From Tubiluchus corallicola (taxonomy: Eukaryota; Animalia; Priapulida), in NCBI GenBank assembly GCA_030141605.1, contig JAQGDQ010000295.1, forward strand, positions 186,001-250,000: a stretch of DNA of 64,000 bases, given 5' to 3'. Each line of letters starts with the position of its first letter. Within the stretch, counting starts at the first letter, position 1. This document shows positions 26,106-38,900 of the stretch, piece by piece. Both the position numbers and the translations under genes were made by a program. The notes under the pieces were generated by a model, which searched no databases, was not told the origin of the DNA, and worked only from the letters and a program-made list of their open reading frames with translations.

Positions 26106-26913
26106 AATTTTCTGTCGACTCAGTGCAACAATCAGGTCACCGGGAAACAACAGTTGTGCAAATGAGGAATAGATAAAGCTAGCTAGAGCATCAGCTATTT
26201 AACAAGAATGTCATAGTTGCCCTGGCTTACTTCATTTACACGAATTAAGGCTAACCCAATGACGTTCCTGACACCTAAGTGAAGAAGAGCAAGATTACAT
26301 GGATAAATCCCACCAAGCTCTAATTAAAGATAAAAATTATTACCGTTACCGTCGAAGGATAGAGGTTAAGCATATTACTAAATATCTAGCAATCGTAACT
26401 ACAAGACAAAGCCAATGAGATGGTGACACCAATGCTATAATGTACACAAACGATTTATTATTAAGTTTATTGAAAACATAATAACAATACAAATACCATT
26501 AATCATACTCAGTCTCAGTCTTGACCTCACGATCAAGCGACCTATTTCCGTTTACTATGTGAGTTTTCTAGGTTCAGTAGGTTGGGTTTACGTAGAACTA
26601 GTCCGGGATTTAGACGAAAAGCAGCAAAATTTCTGAAAATAAGTTGACAACAACAATTTGATGTTCTTATATGTAATAAAAAACAATGTGTGATAAAAAA
26701 CTGGGAAAATAAAGCATTTATTAATTTTTTTGATGTACATCTCAGTCAGAAAGTTACAAATTGTTTTAAATATAGTTACCCTAATAATTTTTAATCAAAT
26801 TATAACTACCGCCAGCATGTCAGCTTGCTTATAGTGTTCAGTCAACTGTTAAAAGTATTTAAATTTCAAAAAAGTAATTTAATTCTAGTGACAGAAACAT
26901 CAAAAAACGTATA
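26106..26913. promoter_or_regulatory. Putative bidirectional promoter / 5' UTR region of TMEM127 and DUSP11
   Basis: Start codons of two divergent genes about 0.8 kb apart; TSS positions not visible. Confidence 0.6.
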
Positions 26914-29900
26914 ATGGGGAAAAAAATTAAGGCTATACCTGACAGGTAAATTATTTTTAATAATTGCTTACGAAACTCCGCAACACCGCTGTGCATTTTT
27001 CAAATACAGGCAAACAAACAAAGAATACATATATAAGCAATTAATGTTATTGCGAATGTTGTGGATTTCTTGAAGAAGAAAGAGATGCAAAAAATGTATT
27101 TTCTGCAATGTTGGAAAAGGAAGTTTTCGGAAATTGGACTGAAAACAAAAGAAACTTCACAGTTGCATGAAATAGGTATAAATGTGGAGAGATTAAAGCA
27201 CAACTGAATCTAAATGGAAGCAAGAAATAAAAGTAGCTATTAGTAAATATTTGGAATACACTGCAAAAGAAAAGTGTAAAAAATGGAAGAACTGAGATTT
27301 ATGGAAAATGCTATACCCTATGGTCCTTCCCTGCCCTGCTCCACTACTATAATAAAGTAATAACTAAAAAAACTTGTCATGTCAAACAAATGGAGAAAAT
27401 AAATGTTCTATGTCTATGTCTATGTATGTCTATAGGAAAGTAGAAAAATTTGGTGGATTGTGTAATTAAGTGTAACCAAAAACAGCGTATGAGTAGGAAG
27501 TAACAGAATGGAAACTGAATATGATTAAAGTGAAAACAAATTTCAAAAATAAGTTTAACAATGACTTAAAATGTCTATTGTGTAAAATTCGTGATGATAC
27601 AAATAACACTTACTAACGGGCCTAACCTTTAGCAAGTTTTCTTTTTGGACAGCCTCGATAATTTATTAATCAACTTTATTATTTACATGCTTGTTTTTTT
27701 TAATTTGGTATTTTGTATTTTTGCCATATTTAAGTATTATTTTGTCATGGCAAATGAATAAACTAAACTAAACTAAATACGTGAGAAAGCTATAAATATA
27801 TTGGGTGAAGAAAATATGGAGCTAGATTTAAAAACATTTGAAACTATGTCAGATCATGACTCCGCAAAATTTGTAGGCGCAAAATTAAATGCTTATAATA
27901 CGCCGATGAGCTAGTACTTCTTAGCAAATCAAAAGAAGGAAGTCCTGCAAAACATGATTAACGACTTAAGCTATGACTCCATGAGCATGTAATGTGTGAT
28001 CAGTAATTCGTGATGAGTATTGACTGTTTCCACATGTCTGTAAACGCTAGCATATTAACAAAGGTCATGGTGCTCTTTCTGTCATTTTTGGTCGCTATTC
28101 GTGAAAATAGCAAGCAATAATTTTTGGAAACTATGTCTCTGTCGAAATTTAAGCATGATAATTACAGCTGTGGCATTAGCTTATTATTGTACTATTAGAC
28201 AGAAAAGAAAGCACAAGTTTTGGGTGCACAATATTTTGCAGGGGAGGGAACAATATGGCAGATACCATCATTTAGTGAAAGAATTGCAGTTAGATGCACA
28301 ACACATAACTATATACTTCTTCCACCTTTCAAAAACTCAAATAGAAAAAATATTATTGTTTGTAGGTCCTCAAGTGTCCAAAACTGATATAACTAGAATT
28401 TTCAGAAAAGTAAACAGCGAAAATGGTCACCAGAATCTTGAAAACTCACTATAATCACCTAGGCAATGGCTGTGTATTGCTGCATGATGCGTATTCAGAC
28501 GATAGCGATCACATTCGAATGAATACGCATCACGCATTACATACACATGGAAACACTGCTACACGTTTAAATACATACTTTTGTATACGCATTACGGAAG
28601 ATGCATCATTCATTACGTACATGTGGAGTCGTACATCAAGCCACATACGTATCGAAGAATTTTCTGAAAACCCCTTCCAGTCACTTTTGTTCACGCAACT
28701 CTCTTGTGAATGAAAAACACATAAAATACTTAAGTCTTTATTTTACAAACACAGGAACCTACACCAAACACAGTGATACAATGAGAAATCAAAGTATCAG
28801 AGCACTTTCTAAGTTAAAAACTTTAATATCAACTGGAACTTTCCAGTTAGTACCATCATATATCTTATTGAATCACTAGTAACACCATTAGCGCTTTAAG
28901 GGTACGAAATTTGGTCAAACTCTTACATAGCTAAATTAAACAAAATCAGCACTGAGGACACTGAAAAGATATTTAAAACATGGAACCAGTTCCCATTTGA
29001 GCATGTTCAAAACAAATTTGCAAAATGGACCCTTGGTGTCCATTCATCTGCATCAAATATTGCTTGCAAAGCTGAACTAGGTCTATATCCTCTCTTTTTA
29101 AAGGCTGCAAAATGTCTTCATGTGTGGTATAACAATCATCTTGAAATCAAGAAACATGATATTTAAACATCTACAAGGTTACGTTCAGCCTCCACACAAC
29201 TTTTGTTACAATTTGGAACACTTTGGAGACACCAATAATCTCACAAACCTTTATATAAATACAATTTATCAGTGAACAGAAAAGTTAACAATTTTACAAA
29301 AATTCTAGAAAAAGGGTATGAAAAGCTATTTTACACAGAAATATACAATGATGACATGAAACGGGGTGGGAAGAATAAGTTAAGTTTTTACAGAAACTTA
29401 AAAAACAGCTATAGTTTAAAGTCATACCTAGAAATAGTAAGGAACAGACAACATGGACGAAACTCAGGGTGAGTGATCATGAACTACAAATTGAGAAAAG
29501 CAGATACACAAGCCAATCAGAAAATGAAGGATTATGCATACTTTGTAAGAACAATAGAAGCAGCAAGCAAAACACAATAGAAGTGGATTACATTTTGTAT
29601 TTACTTGTCCAACCAGTGAAGCAGTAAGAGTAACATATGTTCAATCATACTGCAATTTTTAATATAAAGCTTTGCAATCTATACTGATTAATTATAGTAT
29701 CTATTACTACTAGCAAGTATCATTGGGCAACCGACATCTCAAGCAGTTTGGTTAATACTATAATTGTTCTAGTCGATCTGTACCACATAATAGCTAGTAT
29801 AACTAAGTAGCACAATGTCAGTTTTTTTTTATATGTATAATAGTAATCTAGTGTTCTATATGTATATATTTTTCATTTTGTACTTGCCAATGTATGTAAT

Positions 29901-32900
29901 GTTAATTGCATATTTTGCACAATAAATTGAATTGAAAAGAATGAGTATTATTTAAACAAAACAAAAATTAAAGTTTCATAACATTTTGACATAATGGCTA
30001 AGGCCAAGAAAATAGACTTGTACATGCCATAGCGGAACCTTATTATACCAGTATGTCAGCTTATTTAGAAAACGATGTTGTCTGTACGTATGCCCGCATT
30101 TTCTTCATTTCATTATTATAATACTGATACAGCATTCCTTTACAGTATTACGACATAGGCATATCATAAGTTTATAACATTTAACATAGGTCTACTTGGA
30201 GTCACTTAGATTCTGTTGTTGCTTTACCAATGAAGTTTATATACATGTGTATATTTTGTATACAGTGTATCTGAAAGAAAAGAAGTGTGTCATTTTTGTC
30301 GTAAAGAAATGTAACCAGTTGTGAGAACTTCCATAAATTATTTGAACTGTTTTCAGATGGAGAGCTTATTCCAAGTTTGGAAGTGTTGTGAATGGAACTC
30401 GGTTCTTCCCATTCAAAGTGCCACTCAAAGAGGTAAGTGAATTGTAAATTGTTATGTCTTTTTTTTTAGTTTGAGTTCATGATATTGTGAATTCAATGGA
30501 ACAGTGATCGTCCCAGTATCAGAGTTCGGTATGGTGAATGTGCTTTACCCAATGCAGCTCCACGTGAATGGAAAAAACTTCCGATTAGCTTGCGTTCTAT
30601 TACTGATTTTAATGATTTTAAAATGAATGTTAAAACCTATCTTTCTACTGTAACATTTAATTAGAGTGAGTCTTAAAGCTTATTTTTTACTATATCATTT
30701 AGTTGCCTTTTGAATTTTTATTTTATGCTTAAATTTTATTGCAGTTGTTCTTAATTGTAGGTCTGTTTCACAGCACCTCTGATGACAATAATTGTCGATT
30801 TAAGTGCTTTATAAATAAATTATCATTAGTTGTCATTATGGCACATACATTATAGATTAATTTGTTGCCACAAAATTTTACTTAATATTTAGCAAGTTGG
30901 TGAACAAATCACTAAAATCATTAAATGTGTTCATAGAAGTAAACTCTTCAGGATTTAGCTTACATCCAGCTTCTCATTTAAAAAAAGGATTAATTTGAAA
31001 AAAAAACGGGCTTAACTATTTCTTTTTTTGTGATATAGGCTTTAAGTCGAAGTCTGCTAGAAGATGAAAGGTGAGCCATTTAGTGTGCATGTTTTTAAAC
31101 AAGTGTCACTACCTGTTCATTTCATATGCTTGCTGCCACAAGTGGCAAGTTAAGCAAAATCAAGAGCGACAGTAATAGTTAATAAGGCAGTCATTATTAT
31201 TCGTACTACTAATTGTTACTAGCCAATGCTCAGCAGACTGCAGTAAGTTGTTCTTTACTGGGACCCGAGAAAAAAGGTTTGAACACAAACATTTTAAAGG
31301 TTTGATGTTTAGGCTATATACAGAAATCCCGAAAGGCCTTTGTAGTCAGTGCAACATTTTTGAGCTGCAAGTGAAATTTTAAGGCATGATCGTATAAGTG
31401 CTGTCAACTTTTGCGTTAACGCACAGGTTTTATTTGTTGTTATTTGAATAGGTGTCTACCATTGGGGCAAGGGTTCTTTGTATAAAGTTTTAGCAAATGA
31501 GAAGCCATACAGCCAAAAGTGATTTACAGCCCATATACAGTTAGTAGAACGAACCTTGAGAAAAAAACTAACTCAGCTATATCAACAGAATCTTTTCCTG
31601 TTTAGTATAAATAACTTGAGAAAGTTGAAAATTTTAACATTTCTTTTCAGATCCTCTCAACTAAACCATGACCAAAATGTTACATTATTTCAAACTACAC
31701 AAAATATATAAAGTCTACGTGCTGCTTTTCATCAATTGATTGTTTGTAGTTTTTGCCAATTTAACATCAGTATTTAATTCATTACTAACACTTAATAGCC
31801 ATGCAGCATATTTTGTAACATGTATTTCTTTTTCATTACAGCCTAAGATATTATTAATCAGTGATGTATAACTGTATACCAAAGGTTATAATTAAATAAA
31901 ACTATGTACAGCTTAAAGCACAAGACAATCCTCCACTTACATAAAGCTTAAAAAATTTGTCTGGAAATTTTATACCACTTAAGGGCTTGCGTCAACAGTA
32001 ATGCTGTATAAAACTTGCAAATTTAAACATAGGTGCAGAAAGTTAATGTTAGGTCATTTTATAAAAGTTTAGATATCACTGAGTAAAAGTTTGAAAAAAT
32101 AATCAGAGCATTCGTAACGCACACATCACTAACCAAGTAAAATTTTAAATTACTGTATCTTGTCAATAAGATTAAAAGTACGTTTTGGCTTGTGAGTGGT
32201 GCACCCTGGAGGGTGAGTCAGCGACATTTTGCCAATTGGCACGAACATTTTAAATTATTATTTCTAGTTACATAAGACTTTCCAGCAGGTAAGCAAAATG
32301 GTAAGTAGTATAGATTTGCATGGAAAGTTTTTTGGGACATAATTCAACATTGCCTTTTTTGTTCCCCTGATTTTACGTTTGCGCAAGTGACGTCATGTAA
32401 TGGTGCCATATGAACAGTATCGCGTGAGATTTAAAATGAAAACAAGCAAAAATTTTTTTAACGCGAGTATTATGTATGCATAAAATTGCTGTAATTTTTT
32501 TAAGGCAATTTTTCTGAAACCTACTTCAGGTACACCTTTCCTTGTCCTTTAAACTATTATTCGTTGGTTATGTATAACTGTATAGCAAAGGTTATGATTA
32601 AATTAAAATACGTTTAGACAAAAAAGTGGTCTCCCTTGACATGAGTAACATTTCAAAGTTACTAATTGCGCTACTTCAATTTTCTAAATGTTTATTCTTT
32701 GATATTATGTGTTTCAGGTTTACTCCCACTTCATTTGTGGAACATTTGAATCAGAATAACAAACCACTAGGTCTTCTGATAGATCTGACCAACACGCAGC
32801 GATATTACTGTCCTATGGTAAGTTTCCCGTTGTTCGCGGCCAGTGAAATTGCTAATTTTATTTTTGAAGATTCACTTCTTGACATCTCGGGTTTTTTTCT

Positions 32901-35900
32901 TTAATTGACTATAATATGTATGTATATTATTATATCATGCTATAACAGTGCTGGTGTTTGGAACATCTACTTTTTTCTCATCTGTCTTTAATCTACATCT
33001 ACTTTTGCCCCCATCATCTACATGTATGTATCATCTATTTTTTTCAACAACTACATATATCTACGTCTGCTTTCGAAATATCTACTGTCACATACTTAAA
33101 TGAGTAAAAACATTAGTGAGAAAATTATTAATAAACTCGTTTAGCTCCGTTATTTTGCAATGTAAAATTTTGTAAATATGAGAGACAAGACAAGCCTAAA
33201 AGTAAGACAAGGTATGAGAAAAGCACTCAGCAAATGTAATTTGCCCCAAGTAACTGGCTAATACTAGTTAGTTATAAGAGAAACAGAGAAAACGAAGGAA
33301 ATTATATTAATAATAGAGGTAAATAACGTTTGGCACATAGCTCAGTCACTATTGAATCTGTGCAATAATTTAGCATTTTTAATTGGGAGATTGACGTCCA
33401 GTGGCACCAATTTTTCTTTGAAGCAACTGAATTTGGCCTGCTTTTCTTACCATACTTTGGTGGCTTGTTGTTAAATGTTTTAATAAATAATTCTTCATGG
33501 CAATTGAATACGTCAATTTTTTTACATGTCCTGCAATCAGCAATGCAATCGCTGTTTGTAACCGGCTTCACAGAAGGAAGTTTAAATTGCATTTCATAAT
33601 TCACACATTGCACATGTGCTGACATGATTGTTGGTCCTACCAGTATCAATGAAAGCCTCCTGCTGATTATGCCACAGCATATATAAAGATATCTATGGCT
33701 AACTGCATATGTCTGGTTTCCGAATCCTGGACCACATTTCCAGTCCGATTAGATCAAATGATGACGTCTCTCAGTTGATAGCATTAGTAGGAAAATATTC
33801 TAAGTTTGATTATTACAAGCTATTTAATAAACTATTATAAGTTTTTGTCGCTGCTGGTTTTTAGTTTGCTGTTATTTTCCAAAATTTTCGTTACGGTATT
33901 ATTTGCAAATGTCTAAAATTTCATTTGTTCCATTCATGTATTGAATAGCAGTCATTCTTGTTTTTCATTCGTGTATGGTGTACCAAACATTAATCAGCTC
34001 CATCTGTTGAGATCTCTCTAATTGTATCATACTATAATGGTTATCCTTAATGTATGATTATTTCTGTTAGTGTGCTTACTGCTGGGTGCATTAGGTTACA
34101 TGTAGATAAGGTAGAAAATTCACTTTCAGTTTTGTGGGCAATTTAGTATACATGTTTCTCAACAGATGGCACTGTATGATCGTTTGTTAAGCCTTACTGC
34201 CTATCACACAGCATGCAAGCTTTGTTTAGAATTTACTTGTCAAAATGATTAAATAGGTTAAGCACGATTAAGTCTATACAAGCAACTCTAGACACAACAA
34301 CTGGTAAAAAAGAAAAACTTTTATAATATTTTGTGCTAGTCCAGTTCCACAAAACAAGATTTTTAAAAATACTGTGTTCAAAGCTGTTATAAACCTTTTT
34401 GCACAAAATGCAAAATGTTTGCATTAGTTTTTGTTAATATGCAATTTCTTCCTTGCTCGTACACATGACTCTAATAAGTTGATAACCGAATAGATGTAAT
34501 AATACATATTTACATAAACCGTATTTTATGTATACGGTTGGCAGAAGTGAGAGGCCACATTTTGAAAATATTTCAGTTACCGTTGTACCATTTTACTTCA
34601 GTACATAAATAATAACTTTTGAGAATACTTTTACAAACAGGCATTTGTAAAACAGCAGTTTTGGCATTGCACTACTTTTTTATAATCATATTTAATTATT
34701 ATGACCGCCTCAGCAAATAACACAATTATCTTTTAACTCCCTTGCAACGAAGCAATGACCTTTCCACTTAACACTGTCCTCACTTCCTGGACACTTGACT
34801 TAGTTTGACTGTAAGAAAGCAAAGGTTTACTAAAGCTACTAGCAATCATTATGGTTTTTTGCTAACAAAGACCACACTACGTCATTATAATGATAAGTAT
34901 TTTCTTAAAAATAACTACCTATTCGTATTATATGAAGGTCAGTAAGCTAGCAGGAGAAAAGTTGTTAATATGAGTATAGGCTGGCTCACAACAGTGTCAA
35001 CAAATAGGTCATTGTGTTGTATTGTACGATGACAAATGACCATTAGTCCAGTAGGTGGACATCGGTCAGTACAATATGTACTAACTGCTGGGCAGTACCT
35101 CGGTGGTCTTGCAAATGTACTTCCTGTTAATTAATTTACTTTTCTTAATTATTTAATTCATGACCCACCACGTGGTTTGTCGCCTCTGATTTGATGGATT
35201 ATGCCTCTAGGATTGTTGTTGTGTTGCAGGTATGTGATGTAACACTCAAGAAGAGTTGCTAATTTGTATAATTATGTAAAGACAAATTGGGAATAGTGAA
35301 GTGGAATAATCAGAAAGCCTGGGGCATTATTGCGTGCAACTTAGTGTGAAAATTTGAAAGAAACGTATTATGATATTCTATGATACTGTAATTCTTGAAA
35401 CACTTCTGCAGAGTATCCGGAAGGGCAAATGACAACCATCTTCCTGTGTGCTATAAAGACACTTCCGATTCTTGTCTGAAGTGGGTTTGGTTTGATTATT
35501 CTAATGGCTAGATTTGTTCAGATGTGGGTGTTAATGTGGCCCTATTTGACATGCTGTAAACTCATTCACTTGTATGCATACTCAGAGTTTATGGGTTCCA
35601 CACTTGTGCCTTTATCTGACCTGCCATAAATAAGAACAATTGACTTGTACCATGGCGTATGCTATTGTTATTTTCTGATAGAGAAACCTGAAGATCATGT
35701 GTACATTTGTTTATTTGTTTGAAATAACGAGCAATTTTAGTTTTGAAAAACGACACATTTTCAGAACTCTTGGTCAATCTATTGAATGACATTGATAACT
35801 TGAAAAAATGTGAACCTGTTGGCACTTGTGCAAATATGCAATCTGTCAATAGGTAACACTGGTATGATAGTATTAAGTACTATACTGGCAGAAAATCTGG

Positions 35901-38900
35901 TTAAAGAAATACCTATTTTACTTTTAGTTAAAGCAGGTTTGTAGTTCACATTTGGTACAGGTACATTGAACTGAAAAAAATTGAATTTGAATTTGAATTT
36001 ATGCTTTATATTTGTCCACTAAGACTTGCTGTTTTGTTTCAGCTTTTCCTTTTTAAGTCGTGTTCTTTCTTCTTTTGTTATTTGGTCTATATTTGTTTTT
36101 TTTGCTGACATCACACAAGAGTAGGTTTATTAGTAACTTCACTCCAAACATATCCCATCTTGCATTATGCTGTGATCTATATGCTGAAAGTGAGCTTAGT
36201 AAGGAAGAAGTAGTACAACAAATTAGATATAAATATATAGCTATGCATTAGAAAAAAAACGACTTAATGTTTAATCAACTTAAAAAACAGTTAATATTTA
36301 CAGTTTTGACATTTTATTACATATTATTATTGCCTACGTAATGACATTCCTTCACTGATCACACTTGTTTGTTTGTTTGTTTATCCTACATATCCTTCGC
36401 CAACGCCTTTGTTTGCGGTTTGATCAGTAATTATCGTTACATTTGCTACACCCATGTTTTCATGCTAAACATATGAAACTATTAAATACACGCTTTTCCT
36501 GATTAGATACCTCATTGGCAAGTATTTTTAGCTAAACCTCAGGCATGTTGCCAAGAATATTATAAGGTACTGTGTAAGTGTATGTAATTTAGTAAGTATG
36601 TAATATAGTGCAAAGACCTTTAGAGTTAATGTATCAAAATTTAATGCAATACATGCGTGTACAAAATTGTGACTTATATAATGAAAAAGCCCGTATATAA
36701 ATAATATAACTTGGTCAGCTGTGTAAGTTCATTTAACACTCAGTTGTTTAAAAGCACAGAAGATTGATGTACCACCTAAATAATGCTGACTAATAATAAT
36801 AATGCTAATAAAGAATTAAGAAATTGAAACTGTAGCTTTGAGAGAAAAGATTAAAGGCAAAAATGTTGTGTACCATATTGTACTTATATATTTATTGGTA
36901 TTTTGTATGTAATGTCAGTGTGCTTTGAGAAATATATTTTCACCCAATAAATTCTAAAGAAACACTGTAGCTGATATTAGGTGGTAATCAAGGCTTAATT
37001 TTTCATTTATTTTCGACAAATGTTTGGAACTGTATCTGGCAATTGCTTTCAATGAGGCACCAAATCACATGCTGCTCACCCTAAAATTTTGAAATGATGT
37101 GCAAAATGTGAGTCTTAACCATAGGGAAATTTCTTCCCTCCTCACCCTTTTTAAATATTTTGGTGACATGGGAAAGATGGGATTTCCAGTCTAGTTCTCG
37201 TGGTTCAGAATATACAAAATTGTATGAATGTGAGCAGAATTCAGCTTTCAAATTGGTTTAGTTAAACCTTTACAAACCAGAATAATGCATCATTCTAATT
37301 GTCTCATTTTAATGTTATTCATATTTAAATTTTTTATAGTGATTAAATGTTGAATTAACTTGATATGATAAAAGTGCGAAGACTAAAGCAGGAACAGCCG
37401 GAGTTTTCCCACATATTCCTGTAGGATTCTTATCTCATTATCATCATCTCATTTTGACTTCATTGCACTGATTTTTCCATAAGCAAATCCCTCTATAGGT
37501 GATACCGTTGTGGTATCTGATTTCTGGCCCTAAGCTCCTGGTTCAAATCCCACTTTGGCTGTCTCTTTACTTTTTAACACGAATTCTATAGTAGGGCATA
37601 TATACAATTCTTTGCAATCCTCGTTGGGTAATAGACTTTTAGAAGCAAGTAATCATTTAATTTATTAGTTGAGTGTATAGCCTAGGATTCAAAATTTTTG
37701 ATGATGGAAATATCCTGCAGTATTTTTTCAAATGAACAAACTTACACCTAACGCTTGTACCGTCGACTGATTCAGTTCTGGGAACTGTGTGATGGATTCC
37801 TATAGATCACCGTTTTGTATGTTTATATTTTATATAAATTTGCATTAACAGCCTTAATTAGATTGTATAAATGTTGACTAGAATGTTCTGCTTGAAAAGT
37901 GTGGCGGTGCCTTGTATAGTCTGTGCCGCTATCAGTGATGTTAAATAAGCTTATTTGTCGTCCTCTCAAAGCAATTTGATAAAATCTCACACCATCCTTT
38001 AAACGTAGATGCATGGCCCGCTTAGATTCAGGAGTTTCTCAACTATTAAAACAGAGAAGAGAATTGAGAAGAGAAGGGAAGGGAAGGTGAGTGGAGGAGA
38101 GAGGAGAAGAGAGGAGAGGGGGCGGGGAGGACAGCGGAATGGAGAGGAGAGAAGAGAAGACGGGTAAGAAGAGGAATTTAAAGGATGGTTGTGGGGAAGT
38201 AGAGCAGAGAGAGTGAAAAGCAAAGAGCTAACAAAGGAGACAGTGAGGGAAAGAGGAAGAAAGGAAGACGACTGTGTTGCGAACACAAGTTTAGGGGGAA
38301 CAGAGTGGAAATAAGTTAGGGGAGACGAGAAAGGAGGTGAAGAGAGGAGAGAGGAGTGAAATGAAGGGGCGGAGAGAAGAAGGTGAGAGAAGAGGAGAGA
38401 AGAAAAGAAATGAGTGGAGAGAGAAAGGAGAAGAGAGGAGAGGAGAAGAGAGGGAAGAGAGGAAGGGAGAGGTGAAAGGGAAGAAGAAAAGAGGAGAGAA
38501 TGGGAGAGAGATGAAAATAGGAGACGAGGAAATGACAAAATTTTGAAATTTAACCCTGGAAAGATTTATATATTAGCTCCTGTTTTTTTAGCATATATCT
38601 TTTGCAATTGTAACCTTTTGGCCTCTTATTCTTATTGTGAATACCATATCCTAATTAGGAGCCTGGTAATGTGTAGCTAAATGCTGTGTAGCAAACCAGT
38701 AATAAAATTTGTTATACTTTTCAGGAACTCTTGTCACTAGCACTTGTGAATAGAAAGTTAGAGCTGTATAAAATTTGATCACTTTAATGTTGACTGTTAA
38801 TAAGTGCTGCATTGTATCTGTACTTGTACATTTTAATACTTAACACTATCCATAACATTTAACACTACACATGCTGGTTGACACAGCGCATTATAATTAT

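Noticed and set aside
37999-38680. 179-aa, 69-aa and 88-aa ORFs
   Set aside because: Artefacts of the GA-rich low-complexity tract.
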